Source: an uncultured delta proteobacterium (GTDB taxonomy: Bacteria > Desulfobacterota > Binatia > Binatales > Binataceae). Taken from it: DNA of 64,000 bases. Each line of letters starts with the position of its first letter. Positions within the stretch are counted from its first letter, which is position 1. The stretch is taken from contig CAWCDG010000005.1 of assembly GCA_963794325.1 (NCBI GenBank), forward strand, positions 1-64,000. The letters are read 5' to 3'. Below are positions 9,490-18,294 of this stretch, piece after piece. Under the pieces are notes generated by a model. The model was not told the DNA's origin. It searched no databases and worked only from the letters and a program-made list of their open reading frames with translations. The translations under genes and the position numbers were made by a program.

Positions 9490-9819
9490 TTAGCTGTTTT
9501 TTGCATCCGAGCCTCGATCGCTGGATACGGGCTCGTCGAGAATTTGTATCAGGCCGTGAGCATGGAGATCGCCGAGCAGTTGCAGCAGATCGCGGCTGCA
9601 TCGTTCGGCTTCGACATCGTAGAGCGCGAGGATCGAGTCGCGAATCTCTACCACCCGGCACGGCTGCGCAACCAGGCTCCATACGGTGGCGCCCACCGGA
9701 TCGAGTCCGAAATAGGTCCCGCTCTTGAGGTTGAGAATGGCGGCTTCGCCATCGAGGTCGCAGGAAATCTGATCAGCGGATGCGACTATTAAAGATGTGG
9801 TCGAGATTGTCTTCTTCAC
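9490..9819 (-). CDS. PqqD-family RiPP recognition element (lasso B1-like)
   Basis: DLDGEAAILNLKSGTYFGLDPVGATVW...YDVEAERCSRDL...GLI. Confidence 0.88.
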   Translation of the reverse strand: MKKTISTTSLIVASADQISCDLDGEAAILNLKSGTYFGLDPVGATVWSLVAQPCRVVEIRDSILALYDVEAERCSRDLLQLLGDLHAHGLIQILDEPVSSDRGSDAKNS

Positions 9820-10074
9820 AGATTGAAAATGCGCGGACCGTCAATGCGATGCGATGATTGCACTAGACGTGGGAGCCCTTTACGTCGCTAGTGAAAGCGA
9901 CACGAGTTTACCGAGCGTCGAGCCGACGGGCAAGTCAGGGGCTCTGGATCATGCGACAGCGCCCTCTTCCCCTCTCCCGTCGGGAGAGGATCGAAGGTGA
10001 GGACCTTATACAGCGAGCGCTTCGCACGCGATTCAAGATTCCGCTTCCGTGTTCTTCCGCCACGCTTCTTATCC

Positions 10075-10206
10075 TTGTGTCATTCAGAGCACAGCGAAGA
10101 ATCCCGGATTTGACGGCGCGGAAATCCCCTCACGCGCCATGGTTAAGGTGCGTCGGCAGGCATCCAGAAAGATCCGGGATTCTTTGCTGCGCTCTGAATG
10201 ACACAA
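10075..10206. repeat. Intergenic inverted-repeat element (35-bp arms, MITE/REPIN-like)
   Basis: Arms 10075-10109 and 10172-10206 are reverse complements with 2 mismatches; a CCTCTCCC-gtc-GGGAGAGG hairpin lies at 9971-9989. Confidence 0.75.
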
Positions 10207-10289
10207 AGACGAGCTCCGCGGACCGAGGGCTCGTCGGCTATCGTAAGGGTGATCGGTCCCAAGCAATAACGGGGCGATTGCCGTTTCGC

Positions 10290-11168
10290 CTACCCGAGCT
10301 TCGGGCGGACTTCCGTGTCGAAGCGATCCAGGAATTTTGCGAGCGGGTCACTGCCGAGCGGGCTTATCAAGATTTCATCGACGCCGATTGCGGCGAAGCG
10401 GTTCAGGTAGTCGGCGATTTCGACCGGCGGGGCCAGGATGCCTTCGACGTAGCCGCCGGTATCGGTCCATTTCGCGGCGAAGCCCAGATAGACGCGATGA
10501 CTTATCGAGAAGCCGTCGAGGCTGCGGTTACGCCGCGCGGCGATATCGCGAATCCATCCGATTCGCTCTGCAACCTGGTCGGGATTCATCCGCGTCCCGT
10601 GCCATCCGTCGCCGAGCTCGACGGCGCGGCGAATCGCGCGTCGGCTGATACCTCCGACCCAAATCGGGATATTGCCGGCGGCGGGCCGCGGCCCAAAGCG
10701 CATCCCCTCGAGATTGAAGAACTCGCCGTGAAATTCCGGCGTCGGCGAAGACCACGCCGCGCGCATCAGCTTGATAGACTCGTCGGTGTAAGCGCCGCGC
10801 TTTTCGAAAGATACGCCGAGCGCTCGAAACTCAGCTTCGAGCCATCCGCTGGCGACTCCCGCGATGACGCGCCCTGATGACAGCCGGTCGAGAGTGGCGA
10901 GCTCCTTGGCCAGGTGAATCGCGTTGCGATATGGCACGACGATCACGCTGGTCGCGAGCTTTATCCGGGTGGTGAGCGCGGCAACGTAAGCGAGCGTCGC
11001 AATCGGTTCGAGTATTTCAATCGGCGGGAGGCGTCCGCCCGACTCAGGTACTAGCAGATGATCGCTGACCCAGATTGATTCATAGCCGGCTTGTTCGGCG
11101 CGCATCGCGGCGCGTGCGATTTCGTCGGGAGTGGCGCCGATTTGGGGCAGGTGAAGTCCTATCTTCGT
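10290..11168 (-). CDS. LLM-class F420-dependent oxidoreductase
   Basis: (M)KIGLHLP...AEQAGYESIWVSDH, LDRLSSGR, IPIWVGG, GDGW; apparent start is ACG at 11168 after a GGAGA RBS. Confidence 0.9.
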   Translation of the reverse strand, partial: TKIGLHLPQIGATPDEIARAAMRAEQAGYESIWVSDHLLVPESGGRLPPIEILEPIATLAYVAALTTRIKLATSVIVVPYRNAIHLAKELATLDRLSSGRVIAGVASGWLEAEFRALGVSFEKRGAYTDESIKLMRAAWSSPTPEFHGEFFNLEGMRFGPRPAAGNIPIWVGGISRRAIRRAVELGDGWHGTRMNPDQVAERIGWIRDIAARRNRSLDGFSISHRVYLGFAAKWTDTGGYVEGILAPPVEIADYLNRFAAIGVDEILISPLGSDPLAKFLDRFDTEVRPKLG

Positions 11169-11318
11169 AGCCGTTCTCCCGAGAGTCAGTCCACTTCGTC
11201 ACCAGGGAATGACGAGGCTGTTCTATGACATTGGAAAGTCCAAGTACAGGAATAAGGAGCGCTGCGCGATCCAGGGCCGGCGCCGATCTGCGCGCCTCAG
11301 TAGGGAAGCCCCCGGCGC

Positions 11319-12100
11319 TCAGTAATCCTCCTGGCCCGCGAGGAGCGAGACTATCCCTTTGCAAGTCGCGAAGTCGTAGTGCAGCGAGCTCATGCACACG
11401 CCGCCATGCGGACGACCTCGTCATGCTTGCCGATTAGCGCGAGCAACTGCGACTTGACCGGATCCTTGACCTGCGACATCGCGGTTTTGGCGCGTTCGTG
11501 TTGCAGCGCTCGCATGTGTTGGAGCTTGGCGAACCGCACCATCCCGGCTTCGTTCGGACACGGCTGCGCTTCGTACCAATTGCCGGCTTCCTGGCCGACC
11601 GGGAGGTTGATGGTGTCGTAGTTGCCGTCGGGAGCGGTGAAATCCATGGTCATCAGATGCGTCGGCAGCATCGGGTAGGTCGCATACTTCGAGGGCGCCG
11701 TTATATTGGGCGGGAGCTTGGTGACCTTCAGCTTGAATTTTCTGTTGATCGGAAGCTCGAACTGCCGCTTGATACGATCCTGAAGAAAATCCTGGTTCTT
11801 GCCGATGCACTTCATCGTGGACGGTGCGATCAGCTCCTTCATCGCAGCGTAGTCCTTCGAGGACATCGCGTTGGCGACCTTATGCGCAAATGCCTGCTGC
11901 TCAGGGGTCCCCTTCTCTGCCGCCGCTTTGGCGGCCTGTTGCTGGGCCGAGAGAGTCGGCGCACCTTGAGGTACAGCGGCCGGCGCGCGCATCGCCCACG
12001 GCGATTCCTGCGGTTTTGCGGATTGCTGCGGATACGCGGGCGCAGCGATCGGCGCGGTCAACACCAGAACAGCAAGTATCGTTCGAAACGGCTTCTGCAT
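11319..12100 (-). CDS. Exported hypothetical protein, probable frameshift near the C-terminus
   Basis: Signal peptide ending APAYP; the track ORF stops at 11390, but an alternate frame CMSSLHYDFATCKGIVSLLAGQEDY ends at 11319. Confidence 0.6.
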
Positions 12101-12162
12101 CTCACTCCTTCAATCGGGCTCGCGGTCAAATCACTGAAAAGACAATTTTTCGATTGGCGAGA

Positions 12163-14232
12163 TTAATCTTTGTCGGGGATCGACTTCAATTGGTCCAGCC
12201 ATGCGGTCGCTTCGCTGTCCGAGGGCGCGCGCCAGTCGCCACGCGGCGACAACGATCCTCCCGAACCGACCTTGGGCGCATTGGGAATCGTGCTGCGCTT
12301 GAACTGGCTCTGCTGGAAAAACCGATACAGGAACGTGTGCAGATGCCCTTTGATAGTCGCGATGTCGTACTGGTTGCGACGATCGGGCGGAACGTCGGGC
12401 CAGTCGCCGGCGTTCTTGTCGCGCCACGCATTGTGGGCGAGGAACGCAACCTTCGGCGGCGGGTATCCGAAGCGCAGCGTGTAGTAGAGAAAAAAATCGT
12501 GCAACTCGTATGGCCCGATCGTCGCCTCGGTGTCGTGGCTCGAATGCCCGTCGGCCGACGTGCCGGGAATCAGCTCGGGACTAAAAGGCGTCGCGAGAAT
12601 CTCGATCAGCGTCGCGCTGGTCTCGCGCCCGAGGGGGCTTCCGGTCTGCGCCAGCCATCGGATGACGTGCTGAATCAGCGTCTTCGGCACGCTGGCGTTG
12701 ACGCTGTAATGCGACATGTGATCGCCGACGCCGTACGTGCACCATCCGAGCGCCAGCTCGCTCAGGTCGCCGGTGCCGACCACCAGGCCGCCGCGCAGAT
12801 TCGCCAATCGGAAAAGATGACCGGTGCGCTCGCCGGCCTGCACGTTCTCGAAAGTGACGTCGTAAACTTCTTTGCCCTCGGCGTACGGATGCCCGATGTC
12901 CTTGAGCATCTGCATGCAGCTCGGCCGGATGTCTATTTCGTCGATTGAGCAGCCGAGCGACTTCATCAGGCGGCGCGCCTGCTCCAGAGTGCGCGCGGTG
13001 GTTGCGAATCCGGGCATCGTGACGGCGAGGATTTTCTTGCGCGGCGAGCCCAGCCGATCCATCGCGCGCGCGCATACCAGCAGCGCGTGGGTTGAATCGA
13101 TTCCGCCGGAGACTCCGATCACGACACGGTCGAGGCCGGTCGATCGCAGGCGGGTCGAGAGACCCTGAACCTGGATGTCGAAGACTTCGGCGCATCGCTC
13201 GTCGCGGGTCGCGGGATCCGATGGCACGTACGGGAACCGCTCGTAGCGCCTCTGCAACGGCATCTTTCCGCGTCGCGGCAACTCGGTTGAAAATGCGATG
13301 CGCCGAAAGCGGCGGACTCGATCGTGCTCCCGCTGAGCGGTGTCGCCGAACGTGTTCTGGCGCATCCGCTCCTGCGACAGCCGCTCGAGATCGATCTCCG
13401 CGCAAATCACTTGCGGCTGATCCTTGAAGCGCTCGGACTCGGCGAGAATGTTGCCGTTCTCGGCGATCAGCGCATGGCCGTCCCAGGCGAGGTCCGTGGT
13501 CGATTCACCCTCGCCTGCCGCCGAATATGCGTACGCGGCGAGGCAGCGCGCGGATTGGCTCATGACCAGTTGCTGCCTGTAAACGGCCTTGCCAATCGTG
13601 ATGTTCGATGCGGACAAATTCAGCAGGACGGTTGCTCCGGCGAGCGCCGCATACGACGACGGCGGAATCGGGACCCACAGGTCCTCGCAAATCTCGGCGT
13701 GGAAAGCGAGCAACGGCTGCTCGTCGTGCTGGAAGATCAGGTTGTTGCCGAACGGGACGGCACGGCTCCCCGCGAGATCGATCTCGTCGCGAGTGGCGGC
13801 GTCGGCGGAGGTGAATTGCCGCGGCTCGTAGAATTCGCGGTAGTTCGGCAGATTGGTCTTGGGCACGACGCCGAGAATCTTTCCGCGATGAATCACGATC
13901 GCGCAGTTATATAGATGATTATCGACCTGGAGCGGCGCGCCGACCACGCTAACGATCGACAGCTTGCTGCTGGCCTCAACCACCGCGGCGATTGCGTCGA
14001 GGCATGCGTCGAGCAGCGCGCGCTGCTGAAACAGGTCGTCGCACGAGTACGCGCTCAGCCCCAGTTCGGGGAACAGCGCGAGCACCGCCTTGCGCTCGGC
14101 AGCGTCGCGAATCAGCGCGATGGTGTGCTCGCTGTTGTAAGCAGGGTCCGCGACGCGAACCGACGGCACTCCCACCGCAATTCGGATGAAATCGTGATTG
14201 TAGAGATTGAAAAAGCTCCCGTTCCTGGTCAC
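12163..14232 (-). CDS. nadE: Glutamine-dependent NAD+ synthetase
   Basis: Nitrilase domain ([17 protein letters not shown]) plus synthetase domain ([20 protein letters not shown]). Confidence 0.97.
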   Translation of the reverse strand: MTRNGSFFNLYNHDFIRIAVGVPSVRVADPAYNSEHTIALIRDAAERKAVLALFPELGLSAYSCDDLFQQRALLDACLDAIAAVVEASSKLSIVSVVGAPLQVDNHLYNCAIVIHRGKILGVVPKTNLPNYREFYEPRQFTSADAATRDEIDLAGSRAVPFGNNLIFQHDEQPLLAFHAEICEDLWVPIPPSSYAALAGATVLLNLSASNITIGKAVYRQQLVMSQSARCLAAYAYSAAGEGESTTDLAWDGHALIAENGNILAESERFKDQPQVICAEIDLERLSQERMRQNTFGDTAQREHDRVRRFRRIAFSTELPRRGKMPLQRRYERFPYVPSDPATRDERCAEVFDIQVQGLSTRLRSTGLDRVVIGVSGGIDSTHALLVCARAMDRLGSPRKKILAVTMPGFATTARTLEQARRLMKSLGCSIDEIDIRPSCMQMLKDIGHPYAEGKEVYDVTFENVQAGERTGHLFRLANLRGGLVVGTGDLSELALGWCTYGVGDHMSHYSVNASVPKTLIQHVIRWLAQTGSPLGRETSATLIEILATPFSPELIPGTSADGHSSHDTEATIGPYELHDFFLYYTLRFGYPPPKVAFLAHNAWRDKNAGDWPDVPPDRRNQYDIATIKGHLHTFLYRFFQQSQFKRSTIPNAPKVGSGGSLSPRGDWRAPSDSEATAWLDQLKSIPDKD

Positions 14233-14310
14233 GTCGCGTCCTCTTATACGATGACTGTGCCGATTGTAGGGCGCCGGTACAAGATTGCCAGTTCGTGTCA
14301 TTTCCTTGTG

Positions 14311-14443
14311 TTAAGTGGGGCGGGCCGCCGTGCCCGCCCTTCCTCAAGGTTGCGGGCCACGCCAGCGGTACTGTCATTCGTCGGTAAGCGTGGGCGCGGA
14401 CGCCCGCGCGTCGATGGCGGGCACGGCGGCCCGCCCCACTTAA
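14311..14443. repeat. REPIN-like doublet with perfect 28-bp inverted arms
   Basis: TTAAGTGGGGCGGGCCGCCGTGCCCGCC at 14311-14338 and its reverse complement at 14416-14443. Confidence 0.85.
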
Positions 14444-14499
14444 TGTCGAATCTCTATATTTTCCAGCCACTTACTCCAACCCGCCTCCTCGTTCAGTTC

Positions 14500-14518
14500 A
14501 TTGAACAAATTGTTCAAT
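14500..14518. promoter_or_regulatory. Palindromic operator candidate
   Basis: ATTGAACAA-a-TTGTTCAAT, perfect 9-bp arms about 50 bp upstream of a small ORF. Confidence 0.55.
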
Positions 14519-14569
14519 CGAATGTAACGCCTATTTATATGAAGGGGTTAAAGAACAGGAGTAACGGTG

Positions 14570-14737
14570 ATGCTTTCGACACTATACCACGAACATTTTT
14601 CCCCGGCTGACAGCGACCAGGCGGCAAAGAATCGCAGCTACCGGCTTGGCGACCAACTCGACGAAATCGCGGTCTTCGCATTGGTGGCGGTCGCCGTTTT
14701 CTACATCGCAGCCGCAAGCTGCTGGTTCATTTTATAA
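14570..14737 (+). CDS. 55-aa small protein with C-terminal TM helix
   Basis: AGGAG RBS; MLSTLYHEHFSPADSDQAAKNRSYRLGDQLDEIAVFALVAVAVFYIAAASCWFIL; below the ORF-track cutoff. Confidence 0.65.
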   Translation: MLSTLYHEHFSPADSDQAAKNRSYRLGDQLDEIAVFALVAVAVFYIAAASCWFIL

Positions 14738-14847
14738 AGGCGTCAATCCCCCGAGCGCGCCCTGGCGGGGAGTCTCTGTGATGAACGGAACCCCCGCCAG
14801 GAAAATTAAAAGCAACCCGGGGAATTAGAAAGTTTTCCATTAGTCCC

Positions 14848-14902
14848 ACGCCCGTCGGTGCGTACCCTAAGGGGGGCACGCATCGACGGGTGTCCTCTTT
14901 TG
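14848..14902 (+). terminator. Long hairpin with T-tract
   Basis: ACGCCCGTCGGTGCGT...ACGCATCGACGGGTGT followed by CCTCTTTTG. Confidence 0.55.
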
Positions 14903-15014
14903 TACGTCGAAAGTACCCTCGCCCGCCTTGTCCGCCGCACCGAACACTGCAATAAGAGGGTAGCGACTCGGGCTGCCCGCACCGCGTCGAAAGCCGTCGA
15001 AGGAGGCCTCCGCG

Positions 15015-15623
15015 ATGTCAGCAAATTCAGCCGAGAACGGAAACGGTACCCGGCGCGTCGTGCCCGCAAAATTCGCCCATGCAGTGCTCGCCACCAAGCA
15101 GTTCCAGGCGATGGTCGATTGGTACAAAACCGTCTTGCAGGCTGAGGTCGTTCACAGCAACGGCATGCTCGCGTTCATGACCTACGACGACGAGCATCAC
15201 CGGATCGCAATCGCCGCCGTGCCCGGACTCGAGGACAAACCGTGCCACTCGGTCGGGCTGGACCATCTCGCATACACCTACGCAAATCTCGGCGACCTGA
15301 TTTATACCTACGAACGGCTGAAGCAGGCCGGCATCACGCCGGTCGTCACCATCAACCACGGGCCGACCACCTCGATGTACTATCGCGATCCCGACGGCAA
15401 TCGCGTCGAGCTGCAAATCGACAATTTCGACACGGTCGAGGAGCTGAAGGGATTTTTCCATAGCGACGCGATGCAGAAGAATCCGATCGGGGTCGGCTTC
15501 AATCCCGACGAGATGGCGCGCGACTTTCACGCAGGCGTGCCCGAAGCCGACCTCAAGCGGTACGACGTCACCAAGGGACTCGATCCCGAAACGATGCGGC
15601 GGCTAATCGGCGCGAACCGATAA
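15015..15623 (+). CDS. VOC/glyoxalase-superfamily protein (extradiol dioxygenase-like)
   Basis: FAHAVL, DDEHHRIA, GLDHLAY, NHGPTTSMYYRDPDGNRVELQ. Confidence 0.88.
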   Translation: MSANSAENGNGTRRVVPAKFAHAVLATKQFQAMVDWYKTVLQAEVVHSNGMLAFMTYDDEHHRIAIAAVPGLEDKPCHSVGLDHLAYTYANLGDLIYTYERLKQAGITPVVTINHGPTTSMYYRDPDGNRVELQIDNFDTVEELKGFFHSDAMQKNPIGVGFNPDEMARDFHAGVPEADLKRYDVTKGLDPETMRRLIGANR

Positions 15624-15668
15624 TCTGAAAATCATTTTCACCGAACGAAAGGGAGCGGCTGGAGTCGA

Positions 15669-16544
15669 ATGAAACTTGCGACTTTCACCCATAGCGGCGC
15701 GACGCGGATTGGCGTCGTCGTCGAGGACTCGATAGTTGACCTCGCGGCGGCAGTGCCCGAATTGCCGCGAGAGATGGTCGCATTCCTCGAAGCAGGTCCG
15801 CGCGCGATCGATCGGGCGGCGGGTGCGGCGAAAAATTCCACGCACCGGATTGCGCTGGCGAGCGTCAAGCTCGAGGCGCCGATCGCGCGTCCTGCGGAGT
15901 TTTTGGCGATCGGGCTCAACTACGCGGACCACGTCGAAGAGACCAAGATGAAGCGGCCCGAGTTTCCGATGTTCTTCAACAAGCAGTCGAGCTGCGTGAC
16001 CGGACCCGACTACCCGATCCATTTGCCGCGCGCGTCGTCGGCGCTGGATTATGAAGGAGAGCTTGGATTCGTGATCGGACGGCGATGCCGTCACGTGCCG
16101 CGCGATCGCGCCCACGAGGTAATCGCCGGCTACCTGATCGTAAACGACGTGAGCGTGCGCGATTGGCAGCGCCGGTCGCCGACGATGACGCTGGGCAAAT
16201 CCTTCGACACGCACGGGCCGGTCGGACCCTGGATCGTCACGCCCGACGAAGTCGGCGACCCGCACAAACTGGACCTGAAGACCTTCGTCAACGGTGAGCA
16301 GCGCCAGCATTCCAACACCAAAAACCTGATCTTCGACTGCTTCGCGCAGGTAGAAACGCTCTCGACGGTGTTCACGTTGTTGCCGGGGACAATCGTTTCG
16401 ACCGGCACGCCGGGCGGCGTCGCGGCCGCGATGAACCCGCCCAAATGGCTCAAGGCGGGCGACGTGGTGCGAATCGAGATCGAGAAAATCGGCAAGCTGG
16501 AAAACAAGGTAATCGACGAGCCAGCCAAGACCGCTTTGATCTAG
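15669..16544 (+). CDS. Fumarylacetoacetate hydrolase family protein
   Basis: IGLNYADH, LDYEGEL, NDVSVRD, GKSFDT, STGTPGGV. Confidence 0.95.
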   Translation: MKLATFTHSGATRIGVVVEDSIVDLAAAVPELPREMVAFLEAGPRAIDRAAGAAKNSTHRIALASVKLEAPIARPAEFLAIGLNYADHVEETKMKRPEFPMFFNKQSSCVTGPDYPIHLPRASSALDYEGELGFVIGRRCRHVPRDRAHEVIAGYLIVNDVSVRDWQRRSPTMTLGKSFDTHGPVGPWIVTPDEVGDPHKLDLKTFVNGEQRQHSNTKNLIFDCFAQVETLSTVFTLLPGTIVSTGTPGGVAAAMNPPKWLKAGDVVRIEIEKIGKLENKVIDEPAKTALI

Positions 16545-16868
16545 GAGAACGGCTGGTCAGATTGGTCGCCGTCCTTTTGGCGTCGTCGCGACAAAATTTC
16601 GTCGCAGTGGTTCCACCCAATCTCTGCGGGCATCTCATCACTCGTTCGATCAGGGCAATCTTGACGCACGGTTAGAGACACTTCCTGGAGTTCTGAACTC
16701 GCCAGTTAGCCGGATGAATTCTGCGTTTCCGCCCACTTCTGACCATCGAGGAATTAAATAAGTAGCGTCAGCGACAAAAAAAGTTGCATTTGCTCTACAA
16801 TTTGTAGTATTTGGTTGACGCGATGGAGCAAGGCAACCGTATTCAGGACACAATTGATCGCTCACTCG

Positions 16869-16884
16869 TGGCACATTGATTGCT
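16869..16884 (+). promoter_or_regulatory. Sigma-54 (-24/-12) promoter
   Basis: TGGCAC-attga-TTGCT, consensus with correct spacing and an AT-rich upstream region. Confidence 0.7.
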
Positions 16885-16958
16885 CTCTCTTTACGCAAGG
16901 AGAGGCGGTTCGGATGGGCGGGATGTAAGTATTAACGCACCTTGGGGAGGGCGCGAAG

Positions 16959-17156
16959 ATGCTGCCAACTGGGTCGAATGGGCTCCGCTCGTCGGAACAC
17001 GGAAACAATCAGGCAAGACCTTCGCACCCTGGAGTGCTGAGCCGCCTCCTCCTTAGATTCCGTCCACCCTGGCACGCTGATTACTTCTTCCAGAAGCCGC
17101 GCCGCTCGATCGATCGCGACTTGCAGGAACAGTGGCCGACCGACTATCCGATGTAA
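16959..17156 (+). CDS. 65-aa hypothetical protein downstream of the sigma-54 promoter
   Basis: GGGGAGG RBS before ATG; about 75 bp below the -12 box. Confidence 0.5.
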   Translation: MLPTGSNGLRSSEHGNNQARPSHPGVLSRLLLRFRPPWHADYFFQKPRRSIDRDLQEQWPTDYPM

Positions 17157-17320
17157 CGCCGACCGGCTTTTCTGACATCGCGCGCTGACCGCCAAAATAC
17201 TTGCTGGCATCCAGTGCCGTGCTGTGCTGGTATGCGCACGTGAATGGCGCTCGAATCGCGCACTGCAAGCGGCGGCAAGCGATGCTGATGCTCACGTGGC
17301 TCGCCTCAGTTGAGCGATTC

Positions 17321-17347
17321 AGTGGGGCGGGCCGCCGTGCCCGCCCT
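17321..17347 (+). repeat. Single REP-like copy identical to the 14.3 kb arms
   Basis: AGTGGGGCGGGCCGCCGTGCCCGCCCT. Confidence 0.8.
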
Positions 17348-17385
17348 CCGCTCAAGCCTACAGTTTACGACCTCGCTGGCATCCA

Positions 17386-18294
17386 GTGATGAAACTGCGG
17401 CGCTGGGAATGGGCTCTGATTGCGAGCGTTTTTCTCGCCGATCAAATTCTCGCCCTGTACCAAGGTACAAGGTTTTGTGACTATTCCCGCCCCCTGATCA
17501 TTCTAGGTGTGGCCTCCCTCCTCCTGCTCTATGCGTGGATTCGTCAGATCGACAGCTTCATCGAAATAGGAGAATACGTTCTCCTGTGGATCTGCTTTGT
17601 GCTGGTCAACGCGATCTCCGCCTACGTCGTCGCCGGCTGGAGATTGCCTCTGCGCGACGCAGAACTCAGTGGAATCGACGCGGCGATTGGATTCAATCGA
17701 ACTGCCCTGCTGCGAATCCTGATGGCAAGCCGCTGGCTGATATATGTTCTGCCGATCGCTTATAGCACCCTTGTTTTGCAGGCATTCTTTTCAACTGTAT
17801 ATTTCGCCCTCGATGGCTTCAGCGACCGAAACCGCGATCTGTTCCGAATGGCCGCGATCGCTTGTATCGCTACCAATCTGATTTCAGGAATCGTTCCTGC
17901 CATAGGACCCTATCCTCCCTTGGCGCCCTTCCAGCAGGCCTTGATCGACGTGCGCAACGGCGGCTGGAGATTGGTCTCGATCGGGCATATGCAAGGTATC
18001 GTGACATTTCCATCGTTCCATACCGCGCTCGCGGTACTGTTTGTCTATGCGCATCGCCCGCCATGTAGGACATTTGTCCCAATCCTGGTGTTGAACTTGT
18101 TGATGCTGATCGCGATTCCCTTCTGGGGCCACCACTACTTCACCGATGAAGTTGCAGGGGCTGCGCTGGCAGTTGCGTGCATATATGCCGTCCAGTATTG
18201 GCTGACTCCTCGAGCTTCCGTGCATGTGGCACAGGCTTCAGCCTGTGATTCGCGAATGACAGCCGGCGTAGCTCGAGTCGCAGCTGATGACTGA
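17386..18294 (+). CDS. PAP2-superfamily membrane phosphatase/phosphotransferase (Aur1-like)
   Basis: PAIGP, TFPSFHT, GHHYFTD motifs; multiple TM segments. Confidence 0.85.
   Translation: MMKLRRWEWALIASVFLADQILALYQGTRFCDYSRPLIILGVASLLLLYAWIRQIDSFIEIGEYVLLWICFVLVNAISAYVVAGWRLPLRDAELSGIDAAIGFNRTALLRILMASRWLIYVLPIAYSTLVLQAFFSTVYFALDGFSDRNRDLFRMAAIACIATNLISGIVPAIGPYPPLAPFQQALIDVRNGGWRLVSIGHMQGIVTFPSFHTALAVLFVYAHRPPCRTFVPILVLNLLMLIAIPFWGHHYFTDEVAGAALAVACIYAVQYWLTPRASVHVAQASACDSRMTAGVARVAADD

Noticed and set aside
9820-10289. Possible lasso-peptide precursor upstream of the RRE
   Set aside because: The only ORF (10084..10266) runs through the inverted repeat and lacks a YxxP leader or T-x-G core pattern
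9891-10877. 328-aa plus-strand ORF, and other long antisense ORFs such as 3657..4538, 11824..12948, 34052..35179 and 35037..36029
   Set aside because: Shadow frames of well-supported opposite-strand genes in GC-rich DNA; no motifs
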